A stretch of DNA of 63,802 nucleotides, filler included, from Octopus bimaculoides (GCF_001194135.2; 6 parts of 6 records of this genome joined end to end with filler, not necessarily neighbours in it), one strand, 5' to 3'; shown: positions 40,170 through 54,593, counted from the whole stretch's first letter. Notes: a model not told the origin generated them from the letters alone. Made by a program: numbers and translations.

Positions 40170-40383
40170 AAATGTATGTATTGCTATGCATTGCAAGAAA
40201 CAGCTAGGTTTCTTTCTTTACCATTTTACATAGTTCAACTACACAAGTGAATATGTGAAAAACAAAATAGGAATTCTGAAAGGAATATTTATAAAACTAG
40301 TTTTTAAACATCAAATGGCTATGGAGGTTCACCAGAATAAAATAGGGGTCCATAGATAAAAAAAAAATGGTTGAGAACCCCTG
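40170..40383. mobile_element. hAT MITE right half, same family as 62214-62476
   Basis: Ends TTGAGAACCCCTG; shares GCAAGAAA-AGCTAG, TAGTTTTTAAACATC and CACCAGAATAAAATAG with the 62.2 kb copy. Confidence 0.75.
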
Positions 40384-41837
40384 ATTTAAGTGATCACTCA
40401 AACTGCTAGAGATAGTGGCTAAATCTCTTGCAAATCCCATACCTGGAATAACTTTTATTATAGGTCTCCTAATCTGCTCTTACACTATTTTATTATGAAT
40501 ATTTTATTTAAATATTATGAAATACATGTGTGCTGTACTATTTATACTTATATGTAATCATATTAAACGGCTTATCTGTTTTAGTTTCTATAATCACCTA
40601 GTACCCATATATACAAGATGTTTTCAAAATCTTGGCTATGAAAATAGTCAGGAAAATATTCTAATTTTTATTTCAGTAACATAAAATAGACTGCCAAAAA
40701 TAAATCTGAAAGGGTAGGGAGAATTAAACTTCCATATTTATATGACATGTATTTTATCTTAAGTAAATGTCTGGTCAAAACAGGAAAATATGAATAAAAA
40801 TCAGACTAACAAAATTAGAGATATTTTAATCAGATAACACCTTCTAAAATGACTACCTTGCTGGTATTTTATCACAAACTGATAATGCTGCAATTATCAG
40901 GTTTATTAAAGTCATTATATGCAGTGACTCATAGAGGTCCTTATGAGTTGTTGAAAATCCAACCTTTGATATGTTGCGAAGTCTGTGCAAATTAGCTTTG
41001 TCAGGTGTTTTGTTTGTAAAGTTTACACTACTCTTCAACTTCACAAACTTCATTACAGAGTACTGTGATTCACAGCAGCATGTTATGCTGATCAGTAAGA
41101 GGTATCACACGTGTGCGTGCACACACACACATTTGTTTTCATCCATTCAGGATGTTTTATTTCTGGATTATGTGAACAGAACTGTGTTGTAGATTTTGAA
41201 TTCTGGATCATCATTATACCCAAACCTTACTTGAGTGTGACTTGAGGTTAATATTTGTGCCATTAGCTGCTGATGTTTTGTATTTTCTTCAGTCTACTAA
41301 CACCAGCTATATTCTTAGCAAATTTTCCAGTAGAATATGGGCATTTTATCAGTTTACTTATTGGGCTTATCAGTTTACTGATTGCTATGGTTAATTATAG
41401 GAAAAGTTTTCATGATTTGCTTCATAGTGGCTTTTCATGTTATCGTCTTTGTAATGATTGTGTGACACATAAGACAAAGATTTATTCCTTTAGCAACTAA
41501 GGCAAAATTTTCCTCCCTCATTGTCTTAATATCAGTTTTTATTTTCATGTATTTGTTTCTTACAATTTGATGACACCATCCTCCTTCACAAATTTTTTTC
41601 AGACACTTCTAAACAAAATATATATTCAAATGTGGCTGAAAATGCCCACTACCATCACCACCATTCTCATATATGTAATTTACAGCAACTCAAAGTACTT
41701 GCACATTTCTCTATTTTATAACTTTTGATCTGTTTTATAAATGTTTTATAGTTCTTTCAAAAATTATTCCATTTCCACACTTTTTCAAAAATGTTTAACA
41801 AAAACATGCTGAGTAGCGAGCTAGAAGTTACTACATA

Positions 41838-43250
41838 CATCATTATTATCACCATCATCATCATTTAACATTGATGTTCCATGCTGGCATGAGTTGAATG
41901 GTTTGGCAGTATTTGATGAGTCTTAGGACTGCATTATGCTCCAACACTTGCTTTGGCATTGTTTCTACAGTTAGACACCCTTCCTAATGCCAACCACTTT
42001 ACAGCATTGCATTTTTCATGGCACTAACACTAATGAGATTGCTATGAAGCCTGTAAGACTAAGGTCCCCTTTGATTGAAGGGTCTACAGTAGAGAGTGGA
42101 GTGGCTTTATGCTATGGAATTAGGGGTGAAAATGAGAGAGATGGGACCAGAACAGAACAGGTTTCTTGCTGTACAAGAGCTGCATGGCTACTCAAATTTT
42201 AGAAGAGAAGATGAACGTAGTAGTGTGCAACTGGAAAGAGATAAAAGTAGTGATGGTGAAGTGTCAGGGTGAATGTTCAAGAATCAAGATGAGTAGAAGC
42301 GAGTGGAAACTGGTGAACAGAATGTGTGATTGGATAGGGGTCACAAGAGTGTATGGAAGAATGATGGGGACTAGTTGGGAGTGTAATTATGAACAAGTGT
42401 TGAGGGATGATCAGTAGGTGCAGTGAGGAAGAGGGAAGAGTTGGTGATATCTGTAGAAATAGGGTAAGGTTGAGGGGTGGGGTTTAGGGTCTACAGATGT
42501 TACAGGAGTTTTGGGAAAATAGGATAGAGGAGATGACTGATGACTGACTACAGAAAAAAATGGTGAGATAGAGTGGTGAAGAGCAGCAGAATAGTAATTA
42601 TGATAAGGATACAGTAGATAGGAAAGAAAGAGAGGGGATGGTCAGAAGGGAGAGAAGGAATTGACATGTGATTGGGTAGGTTGTAGTGTGAAGGCAGAGT
42701 GAATGGGTGAAAGGGAGATGTATGGCACTGGATACTCAGGAGTGTGATCAATGTAAAATTTGAGTGGAGAGGACTATATTAAGAAAGAAAGTTGATTAAC
42801 TGAAATGGTTTTGTGTAGTTAGAGGTGTTGGGGTAGAGCATAAGTGATATCAGGGAAAAGCTGAAGTATGCAGTCCTCACATTTGATTACAACAACAGAA
42901 TAGTGCAGGTAGAGAGATAATGGGTGGTGGGAACATCTTGAGGAGGGAGTTAAGCAGTGCAAGGGGTCAAGGAGAGTTGTGTATTTGTATACACATTGTG
43001 CTTACAAAATTTCAGTTTCTCCAAGGCTGGCAGATCTCAAGAACTGCCTTTCACCAGTCGTCCTGGTCCTTTGTCTTTGTGAGGTTCAAGGTCCTGAGAT
43101 CAGCTTTCACCACTTCATCCCATCTCTTTTTGGAGGCTTCCTCTTCCACAAGCTCCATTTACACTAATTGAGAGACACTTCATTATACAGCTGTCCTCAG
43201 TCATACACACCACATGCCCAAACCAGTACAGTCTTCTTTCTTGCACATTA
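41838..43250 (-). mobile_element. RTE LINE 3' fragment (ORF C-terminus, long 3' UTR, (GAT)n tail)
   Basis: Minus frame near 43235-43030 reads RRLYWFGHVVCMTEDSCIMKC...GRG..WDEVVKADLRTLNL, the RTE C-terminal RLxWFGHV motif. Continuity across the purine-rich middle is inferred. Confidence 0.7.
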
Positions 43251-43279
43251 CATCTGATGATTCATATGTATGTACATAT

Positions 43280-43405
<126 letters not shown>

Positions 43406-43529
43406 GTGTGAATGTTTCTGTTTAAGATTAGTCTAGTTTCCCTTAAGTTCACATGGAACAAGTGCACACTGAAAGTGACCATTCAGAAGTTCTTCATCTC
43501 ATTTTTTGAGTATTTTCACTGTTGAGTAT

Positions 43530-44182
43530 ATCATCATCATCATCATCATCATTTAATGGCCATTGTCTATGCTGGCATGAGTTGGACAGTTTGACCAGGG
43601 CTGATAAGTCAGATTTGGCTTGGTTTCTATGGCTGGATGCCATTCCTAACACCAACCACTCTGAGAGCGCAACAGGTGCTTCTACATGCCACCAGCACAG
43701 GTGCAAGTTGTGTGACACCAGTATCTGCCATGATTCAATTCCATTTGGTTTGATGGGTCTTTTACTTAAGCACGACATATTGCCAAAGGTCTCCGTGAGG
43801 CTGAACGCTCATAAGGTGCTTTCTAAATGCCAGTTATGTGACACTGATATTGGCCACATTGCCTTCATGCGGCCCAACCCTCACAAGATGCTTTTTACAT
43901 GCCACCAGCACGGGTACCAGTTATGTGACATGAGCATCGGCCACGACTACGATTTCACTTGGCTTGATAGGTCTTCTCAAGCACGGCATATTGCCACTGG
44001 ACTCAGTGACTAGTCATTACCTCTGTGAGGCCAAACATTTGAAGATCATGCTTCACCACCTCATCCCATGTCTTCCTGGGTCCACCTCTTCTATAAGTTC
44101 CCTCCACAGTTAGAGATCAGCACTTCTTTACACAGCTGTCCTCATCCATATGTATCACACACATGATATACCCATTTCTTTC
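43530..44182 (-). mobile_element. RTE LINE 3' fragment
   Basis: Minus frame MDEDSCVKKC*SLTVEGTYRRGGPRKTWDEVVKHDLQMFGLTEVMTS, followed by 3' UTR and (GAT)n tail. Confidence 0.8.
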
Positions 44183-44261
44183 TTTACTGTTAAGTAGGTG
44201 GTGTCAAAGTGATGCAATGCAGCACTCAAAAGCCATCTGGACTGATCTCATGCCTCTTCCT

Positions 44262-44790
44262 TCATCTCTGTTTAGGATAGATCCTGTTAGTGTCACTGTT
44301 GATGTGGAAGTTACCAGTAGTTGTTAGCTTCTTTCTAGTCTCAATGTTCAAGTTGAAAATTTCTTCATGTCTCTTGTATGATATGCCAGTTGTTGGTTCT
44401 AACTTTGGAACTGTGAAAGCATTGTGGTATATGGTCTTATTACATGCAAACAGTTCTGATTTCCATACCTTCCAAACTCTGCTAGAGTATTCTTTTGTCA
44501 GTCTAGCTTTACACACAGTTTCAATGCATACTATCATTATCATCATCATTTATACTATATTTTCCTCAACACTGAGGTTTTCTAACATTCATCATTGGAG
44601 ATAGATGAGATAGACAGGCCATTGATATCCATATTCCTTGACTGGTTGGCAATTTTTCCTCTTTTACCTCAAGTGACTGCCAAATATAAACACTCGTCTT
44701 GATCTAAGTCCATTCCTGTTTTGTTAAGATGCTGTGACCTGTTTTGTTCCTTGGTGTCATGAATATTACTTGAATACAACTTAAGACCAT
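44262..44790 (-). pseudogene. Decayed APE-type LINE endonuclease remnant
   Basis: Minus-strand pieces GLKLYSSNIHD (cf. LKIxSWNI), DLD..CLYLAVT* (cf. DIICLQET) and LTTTGNFHINSD (cf. ILGDFNIH) occur in the expected order. Confidence 0.4.
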
Positions 44791-45580
44791 CAGCAAAAAG
44801 AGGTGTTGGTAATATTAATTGTTCTCTCCTCTGTAGATCCTACCATGGACACCTTGCATTTCTTTAACAGAGTTTATAAGGGATTCTCTGCTAGGACTAA
44901 AAGTTATAGAGGTAAGCTGTATTCTGGAATGTTCCTGTTGGTAACCTAATTTTGTTAGTGGCTATAGTTGTAGCATCAGTTCTTGTTGACACTTCTGTGG
45001 AACTATGTCATTGTTAGTCCCTTAATGGTATCTTATAAAGCAGTTGGAAAATTGGCAAAACTTAGTGATTCTAATATCCAAGAGTAAGGGATTGAGTCAA
45101 ATGCTATTCTACAGTCTAGCTGTACAGTCAGACTTCAGTGGTACAACTTCACTTCTTTAAGGACAGCTTTGTTCATGAGAAGCTATTCAGCACAGCCCAA
45201 ACACCTTTCTTTCTTTCTTTCTACTCATCAGTCACCTTTTGTTTCAGAATGACCTTGGAGGAACATTTTCAAGTAAGATGTGCACAGCTTACAAAACACT
45301 CAAGTATGCTATAGGCCTGTAGATTTTAGTCAATAACTTTTCATATTGTTTTTCTTTGTGTGTATGTTCAGCATTCATTGTTCTTTTGAACTGATTGACA
45401 AGGTCTTCCCTGTAAAATGTGAGTTTTCTTTACTAATAATCAAGTAACAGGTCTCTCTCAGTATGTATCTATGTGTGTATGTATTCATGTGTATGTATAA
45501 ATGTATGTCTATATATCTGTATGTATGTATATGTATATGTACACGTGTGTGTGTTTGCATGCATGCATGTCTATATATAT

Positions 45581-45770
45581 ATCATCATCATCATCATCAT
45601 CATCGTTTAACGTCCGCTTTCCATTCTAGCATGGGTTGGATGACTTGACTGAGGACTGGTGAAACCGGATGGCAACACCAGGCTCCAATCTAAATTTGGC
45701 AGAGTTTCTACAGCTGGATGCCCTTCCTAACGCCAACCACTCAGAGAGTGTAGTGGGTGCTTTTACGTGT
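45581..45770 (-). mobile_element. RTE-type 3' end with (GAT)n tail
   Basis: Reverse complement of 5267-5448. Confidence 0.8.
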
Positions 45771-45778
45771 CTATATAT

Positions 45779-45878
45779 NNNNNNNNNNNNNNNNNNNNNN
45801 NNNNNNNNNNNNNNNNNNNNNNTTAATTAATTAANNNNNNNNNNNNNNNNNNNNNNNNNNNNNNNNNNNNNNNNNNNN
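45779..45878. other. Artificial scaffold join 44N-TTAATTAATTAA-44N
   Basis: Linker at 45823-45834. Confidence 0.95.
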
Positions 45879-45929
<51 letters not shown>

Positions 45930-46679
45930 TAGAGAAATAGATAGATCGATATGCATATGTGTGTGTAGTGTGTGTGATTGTGTGTGTATACATATGTGTG
46001 TATATACATGCAAAATGTATTTATTTATGTATTGGCGGAGACGGGTATATGAAATAACACACAACATAAATTCTTGATTTATTAACATTATATCTGTCTG
46101 TAGATGATGTGTATATATTTCCAATTTGCAATTGAGAAATTCTCAACATGAGAGACCATCTCAACAGTCTAGAAATCTCAGACGTAAGTATGTTATTAAG
46201 AAACAGGAGAGATGTATTGGACTTATGATGACTCGCGCCATCGCTTGAGTAGGTGTTGTATTTTCGACGTCTGTCCAACAGTGAAATGACACACACCTAA
46301 ATGCAGTTTCCTATATTTTTGTCAGGATAGGTATTACATCTCGTAAGGTAGGAAATAGCTTCCGTTTGATTTTCTTGAGGAAATGAGCGTCAGAATTAGT
46401 TTCTGGTTTTAATGCTGGTGGGTTGATGGGGTTATGGTATAGTACGAGTAGATAGTCATCACATGGTGTTACCGAAGGTTAAATATGGTAGTGATAAATT
46501 GGGCGACGAAAATACACCCTCCCCCACACACACAAGCACATATATGTATATATATAGTACAGAATGGACAAGAACGCAAAGCATCAAGACAGTTAGGTGA
46601 TACAAAAAAGGGACAAAACATCCAGATAGACGATACAAAGAAAACACGGACATGTCATTCGGATTTTCTCTCTTCAGTC

Positions 46680-46711
<32 letters not shown>

Positions 46712-47980
46712 NNNNNNNNNNNNNNNNNNNNNNNNNNNNNNNNNNNNNNNNNNNNNNNNNNNNNNNNNNNNNNNNNNNNNNNNNNNNNNNNNNNNNNNNN
46801 NNNNNNNNNNNNNNNNNNNNNNNNNNNNNNNNNNNNNNNNNNNNNNNNNNNNNNNNNNNNNNNNNNNNNNNNNNNNNNNNNNNNNNNNNNNNNNNNNNNN
46901 NNNNNNNNNNNNNNNNNNNNNNNNNNNNNNNNNNNNNNNNNNNNNNNNNNNNNNNNNNNNNNNNNNNNNNNNNNNNNNNNNNNNNNNNNNNNNNNNNNNN
47001 NNNNNNNNNNNNNNNNNNNNNNNNNNNNNNNNNNNNNNNNNNNNNNNNNNNNNNNNNNNNNNNNNNNNNNNNNNNNNNNNNNNNNNNNNNNNNNNNNNNN
47101 NNNNNNNNNNNNNNNNNNNNNNNNNNNNNNNNNNNNNNNNNNNNNNNNNNNNNNNNNNNNNNNNNNNNNNNNNNNNNNNNNNNNNNNNNNNNNNNNNNNN
47201 NNNNNNNNNNNNNNNNNNNNNNNNNNNNNNNNNNNNNNNNNNNNNNNNNNNGTGTGCGCCTCTTTTGATGTGGAGATATCATGGATGTATTAGTATTTCA
47301 AATGCTTGCCCACAAACTGTGCGTGATGTGGTTAAAATTTAGAGGACGCTGTTTGCTGCGCGATAAATGTCATCAGGTACGCGATATGTTCCGAATATTT
47401 GTTTACGATTTAAAACCTGACTGAAAAATGAACGCAATTCAATACTACAAAGAATTCAGTAGAAATTTTTTAAATATTTAGTGATTACAAAAATAACGCA
47501 TTTACATAAATTATGTAAATTATTTCGGTACTTTGGCAGCAAAAAAACAAAAATCAAAAAATATAGGCTTTTGCTATTTACTCTTCTTCGTGGAAGATTA
47601 CGAACGTATATCGGACAGATTGCATGTAAGCACTCTAATGAATAGCACACACTCACAAACACTTTCGCTATCTATATATTGAAATTTATCGACATTATGA
47701 TGACATTATGTGATTATATTTCTGTCAGGGAATAATAAACACCCATAAGTTAGGCATGGTTTCTGAAATATTCAGAGATATATATGCAGATAAACACACG
47801 AATACGCACTTCGCACGCTCATACACGCACGCACACACATACACACATACACACACCCACACCCACAAAAAAGAATGTGTGTATATATACACTCATATAA
47901 ATATATGTGTCTGTGTATATACATATATATACATATTTATATGTATATANNNNNNNNNNTATATCACATATATATATATG

Positions 47981-48132
47981 TGTAGCTCTGTGGTAAGAAG
48001 CTTGCTAACCAACCACATGATCCTGGGTTCAGTCCCACTGTGTGACACCTTGGGCGAGTGTCTTCTATTATAGCCTCGGGCCGACCAAAATCTTGTGAGG
48101 GGCTTTGGCAGAAGGAAACGGAAAGGATATTG
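47981..48132 (+). mobile_element. SINE family A, 5' head and CORE-like region
   Basis: GGTTCAGTCCC B box, then GACACCTTGGGCGAGTGTCTTCT. Confidence 0.85.
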
Positions 48133-48182
48133 TGTGTTTTTATATAAATATACACACTTACATTCTAATATATATATTCATA

Positions 48183-48221
<39 letters not shown>

Positions 48222-48969
48222 TCATAGATCCGTGTACTTGATTAGTTGCAATGTCGGGTATGGTTTGTTCCAGCTTCAGCATATCACACATGGACTGATA
48301 ATTCTCTGACAAAGACGAAAAGAACGCACCTCTGTTTCCATCCCCTTCAAACTGCACTCGCATTTCCAAACATACACTGAGAAGCTAGCATTCACAATCC
48401 ATATATATCTTTCAACAATATGTGAGGCATGTCAATTTAAATAAGATGAAAAAATATCTAAGTGAAGAAAACGAAAATCATGTCATAAAATATTGATGTT
48501 AATGCGTTTTCATTCGTAAAAAAGAAATAATAATACTAATATAAAGAACGAAAATACAACAGATGTGCATACGTGGAAAATTAATATAGGAAAATCGCGA
48601 TGAATCGTGACAAAGATACGGAAATAAACAGAAGAAAACATAGCTATGGCATATTGTAACACTGTTATAGCAGTCAGCAAATGTGGATTAATGTGAAGAA
48701 AAATTAATGAAACAAAGCCTTATTCAAAATTAGAAATATCACGATCGGAAATATTGCAACAGAATATGCCGAATAGTTTTGAAAAATCTGATGAAAAAAG
48801 GAAAAAAAAATATATATATATATCAAGCAACAATAAAAAATAATAAAAATAAAAATGGTGGGGTGAGAAAATCATAAAAAGAAAGAAAGAACTAACGTCA
48901 AGATTAATAAAAATACCAATAAATTTCCCTATGATATTAATTTACGGGGATGTTGATGGCGATGAGTAT

Positions 48970-48990
48970 GATGATGATGATGATGATGAT

Positions 48991-49042
<52 letters not shown>
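48970..49042. repeat. (GAT)n + (AAT)n microsatellite
   Basis: Direct reading. Confidence 0.9.
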
Positions 49043-49043
<1 letters not shown>

Positions 49044-50276
49044 TACGTTAGTGACATAAAAAAACTAACGGAATCCGATCACGACTGTTCTAACAAAAAG
49101 ACCTACTTAATAATATGGAATCTGCCAAAAAGGTGAAACAAAAGTAAGTCTAATGAATTTTCTGCATATATTCTTGACTGTGTTGTTTTTCGTGTTTAAG
49201 TTTTGTCATGGATTTTTAATCCTCAAACATATACATTTAAATAAAACATATTAAAGAACTGAACATGAATGCATTCGATATGAGCACTGCAGACAGAAAA
49301 CCAGAAATAAGAGCAAAATAGGGTAACAGAATTATCAAATTAAAAAGCTGCCAACATTAAGAATATTTGCAATACAGCATGATAACTAAGATTTTATAAG
49401 AGGAGAATATATTTAAGATATGTCGTATACTCTCTTCCAGACAGTATTAAGCCTGACAGTAAAATGATATCAAGGATCACACGAGCAAACACACACACAC
49501 ATACACACATACACACACACACATACACACACACACATACACACACACACATACACCCCCCCCATATATATATATATAAGCATAATTTGTTAACCAAATG
49601 AGTATCGATAATGGTTCCGAGGTTTCGGTCCGGTAAGCCGTTATCAGTCAGTCGGTTGATCGCTTAGTGAGCTGAAACGACCAAGACCTTGCCAATGCTA
49701 TTCTTGTTAAAGAAGAATACAGAAAAAAAACAAAAAAAAACAACATATTGATTAATATGATTTTTTTATGGAATTCACCATAAACAATCATTAATATTCA
49801 AATATGAAATAAAGCAGCACTAGTGTTTATAACATTATCGAACGCACATATTCAATGTAGCTGTTCGCCAGCAGGCTGCGATATGACGCAGTGGAGACGA
49901 CTATATGAGAGCACCCTGCGTAAAAATAGCAGGAAGTCATAGACTGTCGCGAAAACTCCTTCCATATCACATTCAGAACCGAGGCACGTCGATGTTTCGC
50001 CATATTTTGTGCCACGTCGTTGTATATATAAACAAAAAAAAATGGAAAAACCTCGATGCCCATCACGCCGCAATGGGTTTTGGGGTTAGTTATTGGACCT
50101 GTTTATTATTTTCAGGTGTTTGATACCCGGCACTTTGACAGAGCCATCTCCATCGCGTCAAACTACAGCCTATGTAGTACATGTGGATGTATATATTTAT
50201 GTATGTATGTATGCATGTATGCATGTATGTATGTATGTACGTATGTATGTAGGTATGTATGTATGTAGGTATGTAT

Positions 50277-50311
<35 letters not shown>

Positions 50312-50335
50312 TACACATGTAGTTATATATGTATT

Positions 50336-50387
<52 letters not shown>

Positions 50388-50849
50388 CACGCACATACAC
50401 ACACTCACAAACACACACACACACACAACCATACACACATACGCAACCATACACACACACACATATAGATATATACATATGTGTGTGCGTCTGTGTGTAT
50501 TTGTAGCAATGCATACAAAAGAAACATCAATGAAGAAACGTGGAAAATGTCGAAATTGTTATATGACGTAAGTACAAAAACTATAGTGTCATTAATTAAT
50601 GTAGGAAATGAAATGATTAAACAGACTCCGCCTAGCACCAGCCTCATGTTGCTCATAAACCTAATTGCGAGAATGTCTATAATAGTATCAACCACTACCA
50701 TATTTATTGTTACTTCCGTTGTATACGGTTTTGTCTTCTCTCTGTTTTTTTTTTTTTTCACTTTATTTTGTTACTTTGTTGGGTGCATTTTCACAGTCAT
50801 GAGGTTACGTGTAAAAGATTGTGAACGCAGAAAAGTGTTGATACTCTTT

Positions 50850-51022
50850 TCTTCTTTTATTTGTTTCAGTCATTTGACTGCGGCCATGCAGGAGCACAAC
50901 CGTTAGTCGAGCAAATCGACTCCAGGACTTATTCTTTGTAAGGCTTGTACTTGTTCTATCGAGTCTCTTTTGCCAAACGACTAAGGTACGGGGACGTAAA
51001 CACACCTGCATCGCTTGTCACA
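50850..51022 (-). mobile_element. SINE family A, 3' half
   Basis: Aligns with 57475-57650. Confidence 0.85.
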
Positions 51023-51044
51023 AACATTTATTTATCGAGAAAGC

Positions 51045-51075
<31 letters not shown>

Positions 51076-51950
51076 TTCGATTGCTGAACGGGTAGTATGA
51101 CCACTCTGTCCAGCGAATGTGATAGCAGCAGCAGGTCCCCCAAAAAGGATATTGCTGGTGATCCTGCAGACTACAGCGGTAGTGATGGTGGTAGTAGTTG
51201 TCTAACTGTAAGCCGGCAGCAGCGATGGTGAAGATGTCTTTCTATATTAAAGTTCTTCGAGGTAGTTGTATATGCCATGGTAGTACGCAAGAGAGCAACA
51301 ATTATCGCCGTGGTAAGCATCGACAGCAATCATTGTCGTAGCAGTGACGGTATTGGGCCACCAGCGGTGAGCATGGCGCTGGGACCTAACAGTATCGATC
51401 TTTGTAGTAGTAATGAAGTGGTTGATCGCGGCAACGTCAGAGACGAGATACATTTATAGGAGATATCGATCCAACTATGATGGATTATTGTACTTTGGGT
51501 TAAGTTGGTAGTTCAACAACGATTCTTTCATACGAAGATATCCTAAATTAAGCTTTGTGTAATGTTCGGAAGTATGTCTTGTTGGTCTTTCATAACGCAA
51601 CCCTTTAAGCACATGTTATCGGCATTCTTAGAATGCTCTTCCTTTTTTTGTCTGTAATTCTACTGATATATATATATATATATATATATATANNNNNNNN
51701 NNNNNNNNNNNNNNNNNNNNNNNNNNNNNNNNNNNNNNNNNNNNNNNNNNNNNNNNNNNNNNNNNNNNNNNNNNNNNNNNNNNNNNNNNNNNNNNNNNNN
51801 NNNNNNNNNNNNNNNNNNNNNNNNNNNNNNNNNNNNNNNNNNNNNNNNNNNNNNNNNNNNNNNNNNNNNNNNNNNNNNNNNNNNNNNNNNNNNNNNNNNN
51901 NNNNNNNNNNNNNNNNNNNNNNNNNNNNNNNNNNNNNNNNNNNNNNNTAT

Positions 51951-52112
51951 ATACGACGGGCTTCATCCAGTCTACCAAATCCATTCACAATATTTTGGTC
52001 GGCCCGAGGCTGTAGTAGAAGGCATTTTCGCAAGGTGCCACGGAGTGGCGATGAACCCGGAAGCATGTTGTTGGGAAGTAAGCTTCTTACCATAAAGCTA
52101 CTTCTGAGCCTT
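51951..52112 (-). mobile_element. SINE family A, 5' head
   Basis: Aligns with 57708-57873. Confidence 0.8.
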
Positions 52113-52169
52113 ATATATGTATATATAAATATTCTTTTATTCTTTTACTTGTTTCAATCATTTGACTGC

Positions 52170-52400
52170 CACAGACACAATAATCCATGGGAATAAAATC
52201 TAAAGTGTTCGGGGGTCAATTTGGCCGACAATAACTTCGGACTATTTCAGAAAGTGTGGTATGGAACCGATTCCTGCTGCATCGCATATGGCCTTCTAGC
52301 AGAAACCATCTTCATCCAGAGTTTGGCCAGAATCCAACAGCTTCATATAGTTCTTTAAATTGAGCTTAAGTCCCTGTTCATCATTTGCTGAACGAAGGTG
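52170..52400 (-). pseudogene. Tc1/mariner (DD37D/maT-like) transposase remnant
   Basis: With frameshifts, the minus strand reads EQGLKLNLKNYMKLL / KLWMKMVSARRPYAMQQESVPYHT / PPNTLDFIPMDYCVC, matching the family motifs GRPYVWQQDSAPxH and WPPNSPDxNPMDY. Confidence 0.8.
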
Positions 52401-53763
52401 AGCGTGAGAACGTAGTTTGAACGCCAGCTGATTCACTCCTTTCTGGCTACGGCTTCATATTCTCCCTCGCAATCACCGTGTCACGTTTTAAAATGTTGGC
52501 CTATCTGCGTCACCATAATATAGAAGGTCGACAAAATAGAACCGATAAAATAAGTGTAAGACTTACATCGATTAACTACTTAGGCCTATTTGCTAGGCTA
52601 AGCACTTCAAATCGGTGTTCGAGTTTGAACGCTGTCCAATGAAACAAATAAAATAAGTAAGAGATACAAGATAAAATGTTGTAAATTATATTAGTGTCTA
52701 TATAGTGTTGTTCACAATATACAACTAAACATTTAGCTAAGCCATTTTCGAATACTGGTAAAGCGGCATTAACTAGCTTGGTTGTCAATTACGCTTGGCA
52801 TATTTAAGAAGCATACAAAACAATTGGACAAAAGATAAAATACGATATTGCAGTCGCGATACAAACAGACAATAATGCATTGGGAAACCCGCAAAGGGAG
52901 TATTTTCCAGCATAGGATGACATCGAAGTCTACTTCAAACCACATCCGGCACTGAAGAAAATCAGACACAATAAACAATGTAATCCAAGAGAAGCAAGAG
53001 AAAAAAGGATCACTTTCTGAATAACTTTTGTCTTAGAGCAGAGCAATATGGTATTGAAGAAGGGAACATATATTATCTTGTTAACTACTAAGCAATCAAC
53101 TTGACAAGATGACAGGCTTGGACAGTGTCCGATTATGTAATTCAGGTATTACCGAACAATAAGATTTGTAGTTGCTGTATATATTTTATATTAAGAATTC
53201 CGGTGTGAAAGAATATGACATAAATTTTCATGTAGACGTCCAAGTAAGTTGTCCTTATATAATATGACACCAAACTAGCAACTGAACAACAGCAGAAAAA
53301 GTGAAAACAAGATAATATAAAGACAATAAGATAAGACAGTAGACCGATGAATTTTATAGTCGCTACAGTGCCAGAATATTACATAAGTGGAATTCACATG
53401 TGAAAGATTGATAATTGATTCTGTTTCATCACATCAATATGTCCCCGATATTTTCAATACCCACTAAATACAAATTCGGACGTAGCACCAAAACGGTGGT
53501 AGTAATGATAAGCAGAGGAAAGAAGAAACGACAAAAAGCAGTGTTAAATATATATAGACAAAGTGTGACACATATGCGACTATGATTAATTCTATTACAA
53601 GTAGGTGACGCACCAGGCACAGGTAGAGTCATTAGATTCATAAGTATATATTCATTTATACGTTTGCACATAATGACTATAGGTTTGGCATGAATATACT
53701 CATAAGCACAGTAATATACACACACGTAACACAAATTCATAGATATACACTGCGGATATACAC

Positions 53764-53858
53764 ACGAGTTGGTATCAAAAGGTTCTAGGACTAGTTATAT
53801 TTAATAAAATATAACTTATTTAACTCAGTTTTAACATCATCTCATTCGAAATAGTCAC
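53764..53858 (+). mobile_element. Probable mariner 5' terminal fragment
   Basis: ACGAGTTGGTATCAAAAGGTTC resembles the CGAGGGG..AAAAGTTCC terminus at 24232; no partner TIR visible. Confidence 0.4.
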
Positions 53859-53966
53859 ATCATATGTTCCATGATGCAACATATTAACACACTGACACCT
53901 ATGGTCGCACGGCAACGAAAATACGAACATACGAACATGAACCTATATGCATATATAGATGTGTGC

Positions 53967-53998
<32 letters not shown>

Positions 53999-54098
53999 NN
54001 NNNNNNNNNNNNNNNNNNNNNNNNNNNNNNNNNNNNNNNNNNTTAATTAATTAANNNNNNNNNNNNNNNNNNNNNNNNNNNNNNNNNNNNNNNNNNNN
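53999..54098. other. Artificial scaffold join 44N-TTAATTAATTAA-44N
   Basis: Linker at 54043-54054. Confidence 0.95.
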
Positions 54099-54562
54099 AT
54101 ATATATATATATATATATATACATATATATACATGCACACACTTAAATATACACACACATACACACACATATATATATATATTAAGTAATAGAATCTCCA
54201 GTCATTGAACCAAAGATACATTCTTATGTATACAGCTACACTCATGCGTGTACATGTATGTGTATGTCCATACATGCATACATATATAAATATATGTGTG
54301 TGTGTGTGTAAATATATATATCCACACGCATGCGTCTGCGATTCTGTGTATATGTGTGTATGTATGTGTACACATATATCAATTCCAATTCATCAATACA
54401 CACTCACACACATGCATTCAAAATTACATATATACATACATAAAAACACAAACATCCACACACACACAACATACACTCTCACGCAACATGCATATGTATG
54501 TATGTATGTATATTTGAACACACTCAGTCATTTCTCTCTCTTTCTCTCTCTCTCACTCTCTC

Positions 54563-54593
<31 letters not shown>

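Noticed and set aside
48240-48310. Minus-strand candidate exon ENYQSMCDMLKLEQTIPDIATNQ
   Set aside because: Isolated, weak donor (GTACAC), no recognisable homology.
49600-49690. CpG-rich patch with CTGATAA...GAAAC on the minus strand
   Set aside because: Core mismatch, only a 2-bp stem II and no cleavage triplet.
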